DNA of 63,583 nt, counting the filler, from Octopus bimaculoides (taxonomy: Eukaryota), in assembly GCF_001194135.2 (NCBI RefSeq). It is 4 parts of 4 records of this genome, joined end to end, with 100 filler letters (N's around TTAATTAATTAA, not from the genome) between each part and the next. Parts side by side here need not be neighbours in the genome. Positions count along the whole stretch, not along the records: positions 1 to 24,721 come from NC_068988.1; 3 more parts are not named here. One strand, 5' to 3'. Positions within the stretch are counted from its first letter, which is position 1. Every line of letters starts with the position of its first letter. The notes beneath the pieces are model-generated. The model saw only the letters and a list, made by a program, of their open reading frames with translations. It had not been told where the DNA came from and ran no database searches. The translations under genes and the position numbers were made by a program. This document shows positions 12,701-22,620 of the stretch, piece after piece.

Positions 12701-15700
12701 TGCTGCCTTTTGAAAGTTCCCTATAATGGACACCAGTAGGATGATAGGGGTCATCAGAGAGAATGCATACCTGAGCCTATTACTGATGTGATCCCTTTGC
12801 CCCCACTGGATCAGCTGACTAGTATTTAACCATCAACATTCAGTCTTAAGTCCTTTCATCTCAGGAGATCAACACCATTCAAACTGTGGAGTCATGCTGG
12901 TTTGACTTGCCTACAGGCAAACATTATTAACCTGCCTCACACCTATACATCATTTCTCTAACTAGGTTCCATCATCCCTTTGCATCCATTTCCAGTGACT
13001 GGATTTTTTTTTCAAGATGACATAAGTTTGATGATGATGACTCAGGCTGATTAATGACAGCCATCTTCTAAGCATTTTGTAAAGCATGTAGTTTGGTTCT
13101 TTGTTGTTTTCTTCTATTCCACTCCCTCAGTCTTATTGAGAATATTGTTTCTTTGATGTTAAATCCATAATAAATATTGCATACACTTTCTTTTTAAATA
13201 TTAACAAAAGTTTTTTGTTTAATAGTTGTTTACTTACATTCTTAAGGCAACAGATAAAAGCCAAACATTAACTTTAAGAAGTTACAGATGTTTGAGCATC
13301 ATTTAATACCAAAATGCTTGAATAAATATATTTCTTTCAGAGGCACTGGAAAAGATTAAAATTTTGTTTGTGTATATATTGCTTTTTTTATACCATTATT
13401 TGTTATTTTTGTTGAATTTTACAGATAATCGTTTCATCCTGAAACAGATGTCTAATGCAGAAGCAGTTTCTTTCCAAGTGTTCGCACCCAACTATTTCCA
13501 ATACATTACCAAAGCTTACCTAGAACAAGTAAGTCCCTTAATGTTCTGGTTTATAATCCTGGTCATACATTTTACTTCATAAACAATTGCTTTCAGTGAT
13601 CAGACCTGTGATCAAAAGCAGTCCAGCTATGACTATCCAGTTTTATCTTTAGATTACATTGTTCAAATTGTTTTTTTTCTTTTTCTTTTGTAAGATTGAA
13701 TGAGGTTTGGCTGCTACTTCCAGCAGGTTGAGTGGTCATCTAACTGTGCCTTTGTTGGTTCTTGAATGGCCTTTGACATTATTATGAATTAAAGTGAGGA
13801 AGAAAATATATTCTTTGTTGTCATTTGGTACCAGTTATGTCTTAAGCAAGCAAGTCTTTGTAGCATGCAGCTATTCATGTAGCATGGCGCCAATTCATAA
13901 CAGCCGGCAATATGACGTAATGTCGTATTGCCGAGGAAATATAATTGTCGTCTTCCCATTGGTTGAAATAACTGCTCATAGAAATATTCTTTTACTAATT
14001 TTCAGAATTCAAATATGAGTAGTTATTTCAACCAATGGGAAAACAACAATCATATTTCCTCGGCAATACGACATTACGTCATATTGCTGGCTGTTATGAA
14101 TTGGTACCACGTTACATGAATGGCTGCATGCTACACCTTCAATGAAGCCATCAGTGTCCTGTCTTCTTCCCCTCAGACAAAATGTATCTAGGACTACATT
14201 ATACAATCTCTAAGGTGTTTTTTAGATGGTAGAATATGATTTGGAAGAGATTCAGTTGCTAATTTTAACCATTTGAGTGACCACATACAGACTTTCTCAG
14301 AAGTGATTTAGAAAGTAGAGACTAAAATCCTTGATGCTACTGCATTTTAAGATTTCCAGTTTTTCTGCTTTTGTCACCTTTTCATGTCCAGTTTTAAAGG
14401 AACAGCTGCACGATAAAGTGAAGTTGTTCTGATCAGGAAGATAATTTGGATGATATAACATCACATCTCATACTGCTCACACAGCAACAATAATAATTAT
14501 AATTTCCAGGTGATTATTTAATTTGTGATGCACTTTTGCATAGATATGAAGATTTTTAATGTTTTTGTTTTGGTTGTTAATATTTCAGAAACCAACAGTT
14601 CTTGCAAAGATTCTAGGAGTTTATACCATAGGTTTTCGTAACAATCAGACCAGCACAGTAATGAAGCAGGACTTGTTGGTGATGGAGAACTTGTTATACA
14701 ATCGAAAAGTCTCTCAGGTAAACAGCACACTCTTATCTTTGTGTTCTAAATCTGTGTTACTTAATATTGCTATATTCTTCCTTTTTATATCGTGTGTGTG
14801 TGTTTGTGCACCCTTGTCTAGACATCATGTGATGTTTATAAATGAGCATCAACATACAAGCAAGGTTGTTTGTTTCCCGTCTTCCTTGAAAAAATATGTC
14901 TAATTATGGGAAAATATTACCTTGCTTGGAAACAGGTGAAGGTTGGCAACAAAGCCTGTACTCTAATTAAGTAAATTAGTTTAGCTTTGATTCTGACTAG
15001 TTTCTGCTCTCTCACTCTAGATTTAAACCATTCTCATGAGATAGTTTTTCTTTTATTACCATACTGAAAAACAGGACTATGTGAACCAATGGGGTGGCCT
15101 TTACATGGTTAATGATCTTGTAAAAACAGTAGTCAAATATTCCTCAATCACATCCTGTCATCTTAGAAAAGAACATGTTGGATAATATAGGCTTCAGTAC
15201 ACTTGTCTAGAAATAATTGCAATTAATGACAAAGACAAGATTAAAATAATGAACTTCTTACTATTTCCAATCTTTGCTGTGGTATTTGTTTTGTGTGTAA
15301 CAGGCAAGTATATTACATACATGCAATTAGATGCCACTTTCACTGCATTACAATTTCATCATCATCATCGTCATTTAACGTCCGCTTTCCATGCTGGCTT
15401 TCCATGGGTTGGATAGTTTGACAGAGGACTGGCAAGCCAGAAGGCTGCACCAGGCTCAATCTGATCTGGTTTCTACAGTTGGATGCCCTTCCTAACGCCA
15501 ACCACTCTGAGAATGTAGTGGATGCTTTTACGTGCCACTGGCATATGGGCCAGTCAGGCAGTTCTGGCAACAACACACTCAAAAGGTGTTTTTTACGTGC
15601 TACTTGCATGGAAGCCAGTCCAGCGGCACTGGCAACAACCACGCCCAAATGTTGTTTTTCACGTGCCGGTAAGGTAATGCTGGCAACGATCATGCTTGAA

Positions 15701-17324
15701 TGGTGCCTTTAATGTGCCACCAGCACGGGAGCCAATCTGTGGCCCTGGCAATGATCATGCTCGGATGTGCTTTTAATGTTCCACTGACACCAGTGCCAAT
15801 CAGGCAGTACTGTCAGCGGCCACATCAGCAATTTTGATTTGATTTCTTTATATGTAAATATTCCAAATTGGTAGAACCATCCAATTATGCCGTTGTGAAT
15901 ATAAACGACAAACAACTGTATGTTTGATGTTTCTGTTTTATTACACTTTATTAAATTTTTGTCAAAATATTTTCTATTTATAGACGTTTGACTTGAAAGG
16001 ATCTGTTCGAAATCGATTGGTCAATTTATCTGGGAAACAGGAAGAAGAAGTGCTGTTAGATCAGAATTTTCTTCAAGGTGAGTTTTCAGAAATATCAGGA
16101 AATAATTGGTTAAAATTGGGAATTATTGGTTAAAAAACCATTATAGTAGCTTAGCAAAAGGCAACATTCTAATGATTTGTTTTCGGTCTTCTAATAAAGC
16201 ATTTTGATGAGGAACAACAATCTCATTAGGATTGATGTTAATTTTACTGCTGCTGCTTCTGTTATTGTGTATGTGAAGTTTGGGAATCCAGGATTATTGT
16301 TTGCGAGAGACTAGAAAATATTCTAAAAGATTAAAAGCAATGTTAATACAATTTTTAGCAAGTTTCTGGAAGTAGTGGCATGAAGAACTCCTGTCACTAA
16401 ATGTTGTTTGAATCCCTTAGAGCCATATGGTCTTTTTACCATGCAATCTGTCTATGTCCATAGGTTGTAGGGACCGTTACAGTAGAGACAGGCTGAGCAG
16501 ATGCAGTTAGGGCATGACAGATTGAATTATTTGGCATTCATTGGAAGTGATTGTAATTGACATATAATATCATGATCATTTATTTACTATAACAAATACC
16601 AAGATAAAACATGGTAACTTTATATTTCACTGTTGTTTATCTCTGTGTGTTTCTCTCTCTCCCTCTTTCAGTCAGTGTTGACTCTCCTCTCTACATCAGA
16701 CCTCACTCCAAAGCTGTTCTAGCTCAAGCTATCGACAGTGATTCCAAATTTCTAGCCAGCAACTTCATCATGGACTATTCTTTGTTGGTTGGACAGGACG
16801 ATCAAATGAAAGAATTAGTGGTTGGTATTATAGGTAAGTGGATTTTTTTTAATCTATTTTTTTTTCTTGTTTATGCAGTCTGCAATCCTGTCATCCTTAG
16901 GTTCATTCTCACGGTGTGTCTCGTTGGTTGGTGTCTTTACAAAAGCATTTAGTTAACCCAAGATTTGTAAGTCGATTAGCTACATAGAAACTATGTGAAA
17001 GTCTTTTGGATGATTGAACCTGTTCTTGGGTGGCTGTCTTGACTCTTTGCCTCATTTCACACCACCACCTGGCACTTTGGGGCCATTTAATGGACTTCAC
17101 TCTGCTTGAAACAATTGGAACCAGGCCATCAGCGCAAGAATAACTTCTTTCTTTTCTTCCCAATAATTTTAGTTAGGTTTGATGGAAATAGTTTGCAAAC
17201 AAAAGGGAAAGTTTTTGTATGCAAACATGAAAACATTGGGAAGAGATAATTAAAAGAAAATAAAGAGAAAATGCATGAAAAATAAACATGAGTGAATCTG
17301 CTAGCCAGAAACTGTGTGGAAGCT

Positions 17325-17363
<39 letters not shown>

Positions 17364-18124
17364 CATCGCTTCCATGAATGCTTGACAACTGATGTTGATT
17401 TCTTTATGTCCCTGTAACTTAGCAGTTTGGCAAGGGAGACCAATCAAATAACTACTGGGGTAGAATTGTTAACCTAAGCCCTTCAAGGTGGTGCTCCAGT
17501 ATGGTCATAAGTCCAATAGCTGAGACAAGTAACACATAAATAAATCATAACCGACCATCTTAAAAAAGAAGAACATTTTGGACAATGAAATCCTAGATTC
17601 ACTACCTGAAATAAAGATGAGATGGTCCTGGCTGGAATGCCTTAGCTCATAGTTTTGCTCATTTAGAACTAACCTGGAGTTAAATAACGACAACTACACC
17701 ACTGTACTGCAATAACTTTTGAAATGCATCAAAAACACTTCCATTCATGTCTCTTTTAATTGCTACATTTTCTTTATTTCAGATTACATTCGAACATTCA
17801 CATGGGACAAAAAGCTTGAGATGGTTGTAAAAGCCACAGGATTTCTGGGTGGTGCCTGTAAGTTTTATTACATTTCAAGAGTTGTTTCAAATTCTGTTAC
17901 ATAATTTTTACAACTCAGATGTACTTTCATTTAATGAAATTTATAATCTGTTTCTTTTTAACCTTTCTTTTTAATATCATTTTCCTTTTTATATTATTAC
18001 AGCTAAAATGCCAACAGTTGTGTTTCCTGAATTGTACAAGAGTCGGTTCTTAGAAGCCATGGATCGATATTTTCCTCCTGTCCCTGACAGATGGAGTGGG
18101 CTTGGCTATGGACTCGATTATTGA
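2661..18124 (+). CDS. PIKFYVE: PIKfyve/Fab1 1-phosphatidylinositol 3-phosphate 5-kinase, 3' part (last 10 coding exons, complete PIPK kinase domain)
   Basis: Exons 2661-2804, 7710-7796, 8334-8430, 11191-11270, 13425-13528, 14589-14717, 15984-16077, 16672-16833, 17783-17857 and 18003-18124 all have AG/GT boundaries and compatible phases (1094 nt). Family motifs: GGKS, RFILKQ, LAKILGVY, DLLVMENL, FDLKGS.RNR, PLYIRPHSKAVL, MDYSLLVG, GIIDYIRTFTWDKKLEMVVK, PTVV.PELY. Upstream exons lie outside the window or in the gap. Confidence 0.97.
3087..3158 (+). pseudogene. Degenerate tRNA-Glu(CTC) pseudogene or SINE head
   Basis: TCCCAAATAATCTAGTGGTTAGGATTCCACACTCTCACCGCAGCAGCCAAGGTTCAGTTCTCTGTTTGGAAA is collinear with eukaryotic tRNA-Glu-CTC (72 nt, anticodon CTC at 3120-3122). 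T-arm/B-box and stems are damaged. Confidence 0.6.
3215..3590 (+). mobile_element. tRNA-derived SINE (window family D), degenerate
   Basis: Head GTGTAGTAAGAAGTTTGCTTCC..CACATGGTTCCAAGTTCAGTCC, CORE-like CCTTGGG.AAGT, and a body shared with copies near 17320, 19670, 35700 and 61300. Ends approximate. Confidence 0.7.
4075..4226 (+). mobile_element. Retroposon 3' tail (window family B), degenerate, ending in (GAT)n
   Basis: Similar to 11423-11585 (GGTTGG.GTTAGGAA.GGCATCCAG...CATG...GGAC.TTAAA.GATGAT). Confidence 0.7.
4256..5123 (+). mobile_element. Mariner DNA transposon, 3'-truncated, transposase pseudogene
   Basis: TA then TIR-like TTTGGTTGGCAAGATAGTAAT. ATG at 4439 gives MECKNEPFCHILCFYF...SGRP...WVPHKL...IITGDEKW...KVMLSVWWD, with stops and frameshifts. 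Confidence 0.93.
7710..7796 (+). CDS. PIKFYVE: PIKfyve exon: DVNDGTSSIPVDGEKSKPCKVAINPHIDI
   Basis: ttcctccag|AT...ATCC|gtaagt, 87 nt. INPHIDI(Q) corresponds to INPHVELQ. Confidence 0.92.
8334..8430 (+). CDS. PIKFYVE: PIKfyve exon: QFSDSSSRFYCRVHFAEHFRQLRSLVFPAGED
   Basis: ttttctag|AG...GACGT|gtaagt, 97 nt. QFSD..FYCR motif. Confidence 0.95.
8695..8890 (-). mobile_element. tRNA-derived SINE (window family A), CpG-decayed copy
   Basis: Reverse complement matches family A copies at 33852 and 48220 (A-box-like AGCTGGCAGAA, B-box-like GTTCAAATTCC); nearly all CpGs converted to TG/CA. Confidence 0.8.
9065..9480 (+). mobile_element. N-terminal fragment of an RLE-type (HERO/R2/NeSL-like) non-LTR retrotransposon
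   Basis: Frame reads FSCCGKMFSSYIRLRIHQGKVC (C2H2-like finger) then KKPKVK*LKANDAASYKKFDDKV, resembling the KPxIKWPKAN segment of HERO-like elements. Assigned from recall, not a search. Confidence 0.5.
10158..10445 (-). mobile_element. Retroposon 3' region (family B)
   Basis: (CAT)n CGTTTAACG..CTTTCCATGC...GGATGCCCTTCCTAA.GCCAACCACTC, the reverse complement of 11423-11585. Confidence 0.85.
11191..11270 (+). CDS. PIKFYVE: PIKfyve exon (glycine-rich loop): VFIRSMNHCQHWSAKGGKSRSAFSKTC
   Basis: gtttcag|TTTT...TGTG|gtaagt, 80 nt. FIRS...W...GGKS motif. Confidence 0.95.
11423..11585 (+). mobile_element. Retroposon 3' tail (family B), young copy
   Basis: GAGTGGTTGGCGTTAGGAAGGGCATCCAGCTGTAGAAAC...GGAAAGCGGACGTTAAACGATGATG; CpGs retained. 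Confidence 0.85.
12470..12615 (-). mobile_element. Family B tail, degenerate
   Basis: (CAT)n ..TTTAATGTC..TTTTCCATGCTGG...TTTCTA.GGCTGGATGCC. Confidence 0.6.
13425..13528 (+). CDS. PIKFYVE: PIKfyve exon: DNRFILKQMSNAEAVSFQVFAPNYFQYITKAYLEQ
   Basis: ttttacag|ATAAT...GAACAA|gtaagt, 104 nt. Contains the ATP-binding Lys of RFILKQ. Confidence 0.96.
13859..14135. mobile_element. Foldback MITE (277 bp) with 122-bp terminal inverted repeats and TGT...ACA ends
   Basis: Arms 13859-13980 and 14014-14135 are reverse complements with about 10 mismatches, all transitions; 33-nt spacer; flanks TCTT/CCTT (3 of 4 match). Confidence 0.8.
14589..14717 (+). CDS. PIKFYVE: PIKfyve exon: KPTVLAKILGVYTIGFRNNQTSTVMKQDLLVMENLLYNRKVSQ
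   Basis: tatttcag|AAACC...TCTCAG|gtaaac, 129 nt, phase 0-0. Confidence 0.96.
15355..15830 (-). mobile_element. Family B retroposon copy with internal ~65-bp tandem subrepeats
   Basis: Same tail as 10158, followed by about 5 degenerate units of GCCAGTC..GC..TGGCAAC.A.CA.GCTC.AA.G.TG.TTTT.A.GTGC. Confidence 0.8.
15984..16077 (+). CDS. PIKFYVE: PIKfyve exon: TFDLKGSVRNRLVNLSGKQEEEVLLDQNFLQ
   Basis: tatttatag|ACG...CAAG|gtgagt, 94 nt. DLKGS catalytic motif. Confidence 0.96.
16672..16833 (+). CDS. PIKFYVE: PIKfyve exon: VSVDSPLYIRPHSKAVLAQAIDSDSKFLASNFIMDYSLLVGQDDQMKELVVGII
   Basis: ctctttcag|TC...ATAG|gtaagt, 162 nt. MDYSLLVG motif. Confidence 0.97.
17320..17535 (+). mobile_element. Family D SINE 3' half
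   Basis: (TG)n then CTTGACAACTGATGTTG...TAACTTAGCAGTTTGGCAA...GGTGGTGCTCCAGTATGG, as in 3400-3590. Confidence 0.65.
17783..17857 (+). CDS. PIKFYVE: PIKfyve exon (activation loop): DYIRTFTWDKKLEMVVKATGFLGGA
   Basis: tttatttcag|ATTAC...GCCT|gtaagt, 75 nt. Confidence 0.97.
18003..18124 (+). CDS. PIKFYVE: PIKfyve terminal coding exon: SKMPTVVFPELYKSRFLEAMDRYFPPVPDRWSGLGYGLDY*
   Basis: attacag|CTAAA...TATTGA; TGA at 18122-18124. Matches the PIKfyve C-terminus. Confidence 0.96.
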
Positions 18125-19669
18125 GAAGAAACAAAATTTTTATTGGATATACTGACTTTTCTATTACTGGAATTCATTTGAGGCTGTATATCACCTGAAT
18201 GAATTTTAAAATTGGTTGAGACAGTTTAAGACAACTGTAAATAATCTTAATATATATGCATATATATATATACATATATGTACATATATATGTTTGTGCA
18301 TATATATATGTATACACATGCACATATGTATATATACACACACACACATGTACATATTTATAACTTATTTGGAAGATATTGCACCGTTTTGTGTGCAGTT
18401 GCCAACCAGCAGTCAGAAAGGCCATCACCACCAAGAAGTGGTGAATTGCATTCCATATCTTTGAAGCAGAAAAAATGTGTAACAGTGCAGGTGAAGTTAG
18501 GAAAAAAAAATGATCAATCTATTTCTTCAGTTAACAGTAACCATATTTTTATGCACTTTCTTCTATAAGAAGAAAATTTTTGTCATTACCAAAGACTTGA
18601 TAATGAGAATAACTGTTTTAAAATTAAGACATAGGTTGTTGAAATTGTTAATTTTTGTTATAATGTCCATTTTTTAGTTAATGGGTTTTGGAGAAACTGT
18701 TCATGGCAACATGTAACTTTGGGTAATCAATGATCAATATGGATTTTAGTTAATATCAGGTTGTATTATAAATTTTTAGTAACCATGAGAATTAAGATAG
18801 ATTTTAATTAAAAGCATTTTGTATTACAAACTTTCTTACATAGCCAACATGGATTTTACTTAACAATAGGTTGTATCATGCAGTTTAGTTAATACATGTT
18901 GCATATAGTAATACAATATAGCAACAGGCTGTTTTATAAATTTTAGTTGTTGCCATGTTCTAATAGAACCTATTGTAACATGATATACATTTGAGGCAAC
19001 CACATGTTTTAGTGAAACATTTAAGATAACTGCATTTTTACTTTAAAAAACTGGTCACTATTTGTTAGAATACAACATACAATTTTTTGCGAATGATTAT
19101 ATGTTGTACTGCCAGATTTGTGGCAAAAACTATAGATAACCAAAGATTCTACTATTAACAAATGTTATGACATCGTAGAGAAATATAAATTATTATACAT
19201 AAACACTTGTTACACTGCAACTTTCATGTAATACTCAATGTAACAATATCAAAAAGGAAAGGGTGATACTGTAAGAGAGAGACAACAAGTAACCATTGGT
19301 GATAATATCTTGTACCTCAATTACCTTTTATAATATGTTGTCGGCAGTGAGGTGATATCTAAGATATAACAGCTGACCACTCAATCATATTTGCTGAAAG
19401 GGCTTATGACCTACTTACAGGATCCCAGAAACTTTTCCTCATTGTTTTTTGGCTGTTGTTCCTTCAACTTTTGAACTTTCATTATTTAAATTTTGTGAAG
19501 GAACATCAGCACACTGAGAATATAATTACTGTAATGTAACTATTGTCTCAAATATATTTTTTTTATATCACATTTTATCCATTGTTCGATGTCTTTAATT
19601 TTTATGTTGTGTGATTCTGATATAAGTAAATCAGTTTTGATTTATATAAATCATCATTATCATCATCAT

Positions 19670-20075
19670 CAAGGCATAGGTATGGCTGTTAAAAAACTTG
19701 CTCCTCAACTACATAGTAGCATTATGTGACAACCTTGGGCAAGTGTCTTCTATTAAAGCTACAGGCTAACAAAAGCCTTGTGAGTGGAGTCGGTTGAGGG
19801 GAAAGTGAAAGAAGCCTGTTGTGTGTTTGTGTGAGTGTGTGTTCTTGTCTTGACATTGTGTGATAGGTGTAATGAGTGTCACTGAAATACAAGGAGTGTC
19901 AATCATTTCCAGTATTCTGCAAATTCATGTTTGGCCTTGGTGAAACATTATCTTGATTTGAAACAAGTGAGGGTTAGTGATGGGTAGGGTATCTAACTAT
20001 AGAAAATCTGTTTCAATAAACTCTGTCTAATCCATCCAAGCATGGGAAAGGGGATGTTGAAACGATGATGATGAT
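19670..20075 (+). mobile_element. Family D SINE head/CORE joined to a family B tail
   Basis: GGCATAGGTATGGCTG...CCTTGGGCAAGTGTCTTCTA...GCCTTGTGAGTGGA...(TG)n...CATGGGAAAGGGGATGTTGAAACGATGATG. Confidence 0.7.
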
Positions 20076-20085
20076 GCTATATATA

Positions 20086-21352
20086 TTGGGTCATCCCATA
20101 AATGATGCAGTTTTTTTATACATCTTTTATTTTTCAAAATTAAGATAAAGTTCTTCTTTAATCTAAAATATACCCCCATTCATTTTCTACAATGCTCTCC
20201 CATCTATCTGGTAGTCTTTCAAGGCCCCTCTTCCAAAGTTCACTTGTCTGTGATGAAAAATACTCCTCCAGTACTGTTCTGACCTCATCTACAGAATTCA
20301 TATTTATTCCGTCCAAATGATTTTGAAGACTGTGGAATAAATGATAATCAGATGGGGCAATGTCTGGCGAATATGGTGGGTGGGGCATCGTTTCCCATTC
20401 AAACTATTCCAGTCTTTGGAATGTCATCCTTGTATGTGGCTGAGCATTATCCTGAATGAAGGACACCTTTCATCTTGAAAGCAAAGATGGTTCTTTTTCT
20501 TCTAGCACTGGCTTGTGTTGCTCAAGCTGCTCATGGTAGATCTCCTTTGTTATTGTTTGGTTTGGGTCTAAAAGTTCAAAGTGGACTAAACCTTTCATAT
20601 CCCACCAAACAGATAACAACACCTTACGGGGGTGTTTAGCCTGGGGTGCCAGTGTTTCTCCTTTTTCTATCCACTGTCTTTGGTGTTTGACATTTTTATA
20701 GAGACCCTATTTCTCGTTACTATTCACTATTCTGTCCAAAAAAGGTTCATTCATGGGACGTGACAGCAAAGAAAAGTACACATTCACTTTCTGCATGCAA
20801 TTAGACTTGGAAAATTTGTGACGAACCCATTGACCCAATTTGCTGACTTTTCTGATGGCACACAGGTGTCAATGAATGGTTAAATGACCAAATCCTAGCT
20901 TCTCTGCTAGTTCCTCAGCAGTTACTATAAAATTTACTTCCACCAAGGTTTGCAGGATGTCCTCGTCGAGCTGAACAGATTTTCGACAACAAGGCACATC
21001 TACGTTGTAGTTTACGGCTCAGAATTTCTGGAAACGCCGTTGTCATTGGCTTACACTTATTGTCCGATCCCCATATACTGCATTAATATTCCTCCACTTT
21101 CCATTGCATTGTTGCCTTTATTGAACTCATAAAGTAAAATATGCTGAATATGCTCCTTTGTCACTTTCATTATAGCTTTGAAAAAATAACTGTTAAAATC
21201 GAACTGCACTCTTTAAAACTTGCACTAAAAATAAGGACAAGGTAAAATTACTACCTGTTTTTATAGCAAGTTGATGCAGGTAGTTTATCCTGTCCCCCTC
21301 CAACTTTTAATTCATGCAATTGAAAAAATGCATTATTTATGGGATGATCCAA
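20086..21352 (-). mobile_element. Full-length mariner transposon (1267 bp) with decayed transposase
   Basis: TIRs TTGGGTCATCCCATAAATGATGCAG (20086) and its near-complement ending at 21352, both flanked by TA. Transposase 21170->20158: MKVTKEHIQHILLYEFNKG...QDNAQPH...HPPYSPDIAPSDYHLF, with several stops and frameshifts. Confidence 0.95.
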
Positions 21353-22279
21353 TATATATATATTTGTGTGTACTCATGTTGTCCAGTTACTTAGCATGGA
21401 GAAAAGCTGAAAGGTGTGTGCCAATGATCTGCTATGAATGGATCAGAGGAATGAGATGTGTCACCGTTAATCAAGATGCAATTGGAGGAACATGTTTGGA
21501 ATGAAAGTGATGCACTGAGAGAAACAGGACATCTATTTTTCTATGTTAGCATGTTGGGTTACAACAGCATGTTCTCTATTATTTACCATTGAACCATGAA
21601 CTTTTCCATGTAGCCATAATCAACAATACTTAAGCCCTCTGCTTGCTGTGGAGCATAAGCTATTGATGATATTTCTCCACTGATCTCCACTCTGAGCTGT
21701 CTTTTCTGCTTCTTTGCAGTTGGATCTGTTTTTTCACCTCCAGCTATTTTTAGAGCATCCTCTCTTCTTCCTGCCTCATTGCCTGACAGATCACACAGGA
21801 TGTTGGTTTCCTTAACGTGTTCCTTATCCATCCCCACTTGCATTTCTGGATCTGTTCTAGCACTTGCCCCACTTCAATTGCAGTTCTGTGTTTTTATTGT
21901 ATACAGCTAGCTAATTTGAAGTATATGTCTCTGACAGTCATTCATGAAGGTCTGTATATATCTTTTGCAGAATCAAACAGAATTATGGTATGAAGACAGT
22001 TGGCTGAACTGCTTACATTCCAGTGTATCGTATTTTACAACTGAAAATAATTTTTTACCAATTGGTTTTGGTGAACCCGAGTCAGAATGATAATTATTAA
22101 TGACCCATAAGACATTGTTTTCAGTTTATACCTACACAACTTCCCATATCTCTACACACAGTCATCTTTATATATAGATGACATCAACATCTCACCATTC
22201 TTCAGGCAACACTGCACGAAAGTAGCACTTACCAAATCCACTTTCTCCTTTTTTGCTAGTAAAACCACTTACTCAGTCA

Positions 22280-22620
22280 TGCCCTCGCTTGATGGGGCCG
22301 GGGTCTTCCCAAGTTAATGATTCCAGATGCATCATTGTGAGTAGAGCCAACCAGGTCCACCAGTGTCCTCCAATGCTGGCGGTCTGGTACCAGCCCCTCT
22401 GCATCCTCCAAGATGATGTTGAGTTTCTGGAGATCTTCCTTAATCACATCCAGCTATCTAGTGTGGGGCCTGCCACAGGTCCTCTTCCAGCCCACAGCTG
22501 TTACACTGAACAAGAGTAAGGTTCTGGTAGGATAATGTGGAAGGAAGCAAAGGACATGTCTGTACCGGCACGTGGCGGATGGATATGAGGACATAAAATA
22601 CAACCAGCTCTCATACTCAA
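22280..22620 (-). mobile_element. RTE-clade LINE ORF2 C-terminal fragment
   Basis: Minus frame: RHVLCFLPHYPTRTLL...GWKRTCGRPHTR*LDVIKEDLQKLNIILEDAEGLVPDRQHWRTLV, the typical RTE WKRxxGRPxxRW...DRxxWR ending. Confidence 0.8.

Noticed and set aside
15530-15810. Regularly spaced ~65-bp repeats resembling a CRISPR-like array
   Set aside because: Eukaryotic context, degenerate whole-unit repeats without unique spacers, embedded in a retroposon also seen at 10320-10445.
21380-22110. Coding-like minus-strand stretch including ORF 21583-21843
   Set aside because: Multiple stops and no motif I can assign; probably a decayed transposon, but not supportable as a named feature.
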